A stretch of 64,000 nucleotides of DNA, from the NCBI RefSeq assembly GCF_964213995.1, contig NW_027590139.1, positions 1,054,001 through 1,118,000 of the forward strand, in the 5' to 3' direction. Positions 60,347 through 64,000 of the stretch are shown in pieces (position 1 is the stretch's first letter; each line of letters begins with the position of its first letter). Position numbers and translations under genes: made by a program. Under the pieces are notes generated by a model. The model did not search any database and was not told where the DNA came from. It saw only the letters and a list, made by a program, of their open reading frames with translations. The DNA comes from Mustelus asterias. Its lineage: Eukaryota.

Positions 60347-62214
60347 AACAAACAAATAAAATGATCCACAAAAACTGATGAAAGACATTTATTTTATCCT
60401 GGATAGTAAATAGTGTTTTTCCTCCACTGCAGGTAGATCTAAAATAAATACAGAAAGAACTGGAAAAACACAGGTCTGGCAGCATTTGTGGAGAGGGAAA
60501 CTGAGTTAATGTTTCACGTCCAATGTAACTCTACTTCAGAACTAGAGGGAGAAATGTGATGGGTTTGATACTGATGAGAAAGGGGGAGGGTCAGGTCGAA
60601 CAAAAGGGAAAGTCAGGGATTGGTTAGTGGGCGACGAGATTAAATGTCAAAAATGTCCTGGAACAAAAGGCAAAGGGAGAGGTAATGGTTGTAGTGAAGA
60701 AAGAAAGCAGTTTTGTCACTAGATTAATTGTATCCCCAATTACTTGCCCCATTTTCTGTCATTATCAGGAATACAATAGAATAATTTCACACCATCCCTT
60801 TATCTGATTCTATACAATCCCTGTACAAATGTTGAGGCTAATCAGAGCTGGAAGGTCTCTCTCGCCAGTACATTTATCTTCACTGCACATTCTTTACATA
60901 CACAGCAATTAAACTTTTACATTTGACTGCAAATAAAACTCAATCTTTCATTACAACTACTGACTTATTATTGATTCATTAACTTTAACTCAATTATGGC
61001 TCACTACTTATTCAACCATCTGTTACTGACTGGTCGCTAATTGTTAGAGTAATCTTTAATTAATATATTTGGTTAACACAAGATACAATGGTTCAAAAAT
61101 ATACTTTGTGAAAGACACAAAGCTTTCTTACTAATCTTGATCAGGTTGAACAATCAGCCTCATTCTTGAGCCAGACTTTAGCAGAATATAATGTCCTCTA
61201 ACTTATCAAAATGATTGAAGAATTCCTTAATTGCTTGCTCAGCCGTGTCTGGAGGCTTTTAGCTTTATGATATAAAGTTCTCATCACATGTTAGAGTTTA
61301 ACATGGCTTCCTTGACCTAGTTATATTTAACTGTTAATACAGATGGAAGTGATCATTTTCATTTCTGAGGCACCCCTACAGTTTCCCACATCACAACAGT
61401 GACCACACTTCAAAATAACTTGACCGTAAAACACTTTCCAAGATCTTGTGGTCATGCAAGAAGCTGCAGAAATGTAATTTCCTTTTTAGAAATAGTCCCC
61501 AACTTGGATACATCACACTCAGTCCGCTCATTGAGATCATTAATAAAGACTGAGTCTTAATTTTGAGTAACAACCATGTCTTTCACTCCGTTTCCAAATC
61601 CCCTGTGAAAATCCAAACACAATATATCGTGAAATTATTTGGTTTAAAACAGAATGAGTTGTTGTGATTTGGAATTCACTGTCAGAAAATGGTGCAGGAA
61701 GCAAATTAAACTGGATCTTTCAAAAGGGAACTGGACAGATTCGAAATGAAATATGGGATTAATGGAAGATCTTGTTCAAAGGGATATCATGGGTACAATG
61801 GCTGGAATGGCCTCCTTCTCTGCTCTCAGATTCATTTGCATCTGATGAAAGTGATAAATATCTGGAACCCACTTCCGGCAAGGGGGAGAAGCAGAGATGA
61901 TGGAATCTTTCCAAAAGGAAATTGGATGGGCAATTGAGGGAAATAAACCTACAGGGGTCTGGGGATCGACGGGGCAATGGTTTGATTCACAGGGAACGAG
62001 CATGGACTTAATGGGGCAGGTGGCCGCATTCGTGACCCTAATTCCTGACTGATCTAAAGAGAGTACAACCTGATGTGTAACCATAAAGCAAATGAAGACA
62101 GCAGCAAAGGCTGATGGTTAGAAGAGCTAACTCTGTATCAGGCTGAGTACTGTGGGAGGATCAGGCTGAAGGAGTTCTGCACTGAGGAATGGACAAAGGA
62201 GCTCATTGATTGGG

Positions 62215-64000
62215 GGCAGTCGCTCTGGCAGGAACTTTCAAAAGTTAATTGAAGGAGTCTGTGGGAAGGCAAAGGGACCTCTGGCAAGTGGCAAGCTTCA
62301 AAAGTGTGTTAACCAGGGTTCAGGGTAAGCACAGTCCTCTTAGAGTGAAGAGCAAGGCTGGTAGACGTAGGGAACGCTGGATGACTCGGGATATTGAGGC
62401 CCTGGTCAAGAAGAAGAAAGGGGCACATGACATGCATAGGCACTGGGATCAAGTGAATCCCTTGAAGAGTATAGTGGGTGTAGGAGTAGAGTTAAGAGAG
62501 AAATCAGGAGAGCAAAAAAGGGACACGAGATTGTTTTGGCAGAGAAGGCAAAGGAGAATCCAAAGAACTTCTGCAAATACATAAAGGGCAAAGGCGTAAC
62601 AAGGGAGAGAGTAGGGCTTCTTAAGAATCAACAAGGTAATCTATGTGCCGATCCACAGGGATGGGTGAGATCCTAAATGAATATTTCTCATCAGTATTTA
62701 GTGTTGAGAAAAGCATGGATGTTAGTGAACTTGGGGAAATAAATAGTGATGTTTTGAGGAGCGTACATATTACAGAGAAAGAGATGCTGGAAGTCTTAAA
62801 GAGCATCAAGAAGTGTATCCCAGGACATTGTGGGAGGCTAGGGAGGAAATTGCAGATCCCCTAGCAGAGATATTTGAATCATCGATAGTCACGGGTGAGG
62901 TGCCTGAAGATTGGAGAGTGGCAAATGTTGTGCCTTCGTTTAAAAAGGGCTTCAGGGAAAAGCCTGGGAACTACAGGCCAGTGAGCCTCACATCTGTGGT
63001 GCGTAGTTGTTGGAAGGTATTTTGAGAGACAGGACCAACAGGCATTAAGAGACGCAAGGACTGATTAGGGACACTCAGCATGGCTTTGTGAGTGGAAAAT
63101 CATGTCTCACAAATTTGATTGAGTTTTTTGAAGGGGTAACCAGGAAGGTGGATGAGGGCAGTGCAGTTGATGTTGTCTACATGGACTTTAGCAAGGCCTT
63201 TGACAAGGTACCGCATGGTTGGTTGTTGCATGAGGTTAAATCTCACGGGATCCAGGGTGAGATATCTAAATTGATACAAAAGTGGCTTCTGGACAGAAGC
63301 CAGAGTGTGGTTGTAGAGGGTTGTCTTTAAAACTGGAGGCCTGTGGCCAGCGGTATGCCTCGGGGATCAGTACTGGGTCCACTGTTATTTGTCATGTATA
63401 TTAATGATTTAGATGATAATATAGGTAGCATGGTTTGCAGATTACACCAAGATTGGTGGCATAGTGCACAGCGAAGAAAGTTATCTTCGATTGCAACGGG
63501 ATCTTGATCAATTGGGCCAGTGAGCTGACGAATGGCAGATGGAGTTTAAGTTAGACAAATGCGAGGTGATGCATTTTGGTAGATTGAACCAGGGCAGGAC
63601 TTACACAGTTAATGGGAGGACGTTGGGGAGAGTTACAGAACAAAGAGATCTAAGGGTACATGTTCAGAGCTCCTTGAAAGTGGAGTCACAGGTGGACAGA
63701 GTGGTGAAAAAGGCATCGGCATGCTTGGATTCATTGGTCAGAACATTGAATACAGGAGTTGGGATGTCTTGTTGAAGTTGGACAAGACATTGGTGAGGCC
63801 ACACTTGAAATACTGTGTACAGTTCTGGTCACCCTATTGTAGAAAGGATATTATTAAACTGGAAAGAGTGCAGAAAAGATTTACTAGGATGCTACCGGGA
63901 CTTGATGGACTGAGTTATAAGGAGAGGCTGGATAGACTGGGACTTTTTTCTCTGGAGCGTAGGAGGCTGAGGGGCGATCTTATAGAGGTCTATAAAATAA
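62215..64000 (+). mobile_element. CR1-like LINE ORF2, degenerate, runs off window right
   Basis: PEDWRVANV, PGNYRPVSLT, DFSKAFDKVPH and later RT motifs in broken ORFs. Confidence 0.9.

Overview
Eukaryotic DNA, most likely a cartilaginous fish (shark). This is inferred from the repeat content (HE1-like tRNA SINEs, abundant CR1/HER1-like LINEs, Rex1/Babar, Tx1-like L1, Penelope), not from a database match. The window is a cluster of 9 tandem C2H2 (Kruppel-type) zinc-finger loci on both strands, labelled A-I here. D and I look intact, B has a long ORF but a frameshifted first finger, H is truncated, and A, C, E, F and G are disrupted. The cluster was built by direct and inverted segmental duplication and is densely invaded by retroelements. 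The ZNF genes share an unusual design: a CpG-island promoter module; a 66-nt mini-exon carrying an upstream ORF (MDLSISLNQHLQENWE); a conserved short intron; and a zinc-finger exon whose first ~3 fingers are dead (shared TGA), with translation apparently restarting at a Kozak ATG that replaces the Gly of a TGEKP linker. No KRAB/SCAN/BTB domain is visible. Other notable signals: minimal hammerhead ribozymes in Penelope pseudo-LTRs, sense-oriented Tx1 fragments at the first exon of three ZNF genes, a U2-snRNA-headed insert, and a CRE+TEAD 28-bp VNTR in the promoters. All coordinates were read by eye, and TE boundaries are approximate.
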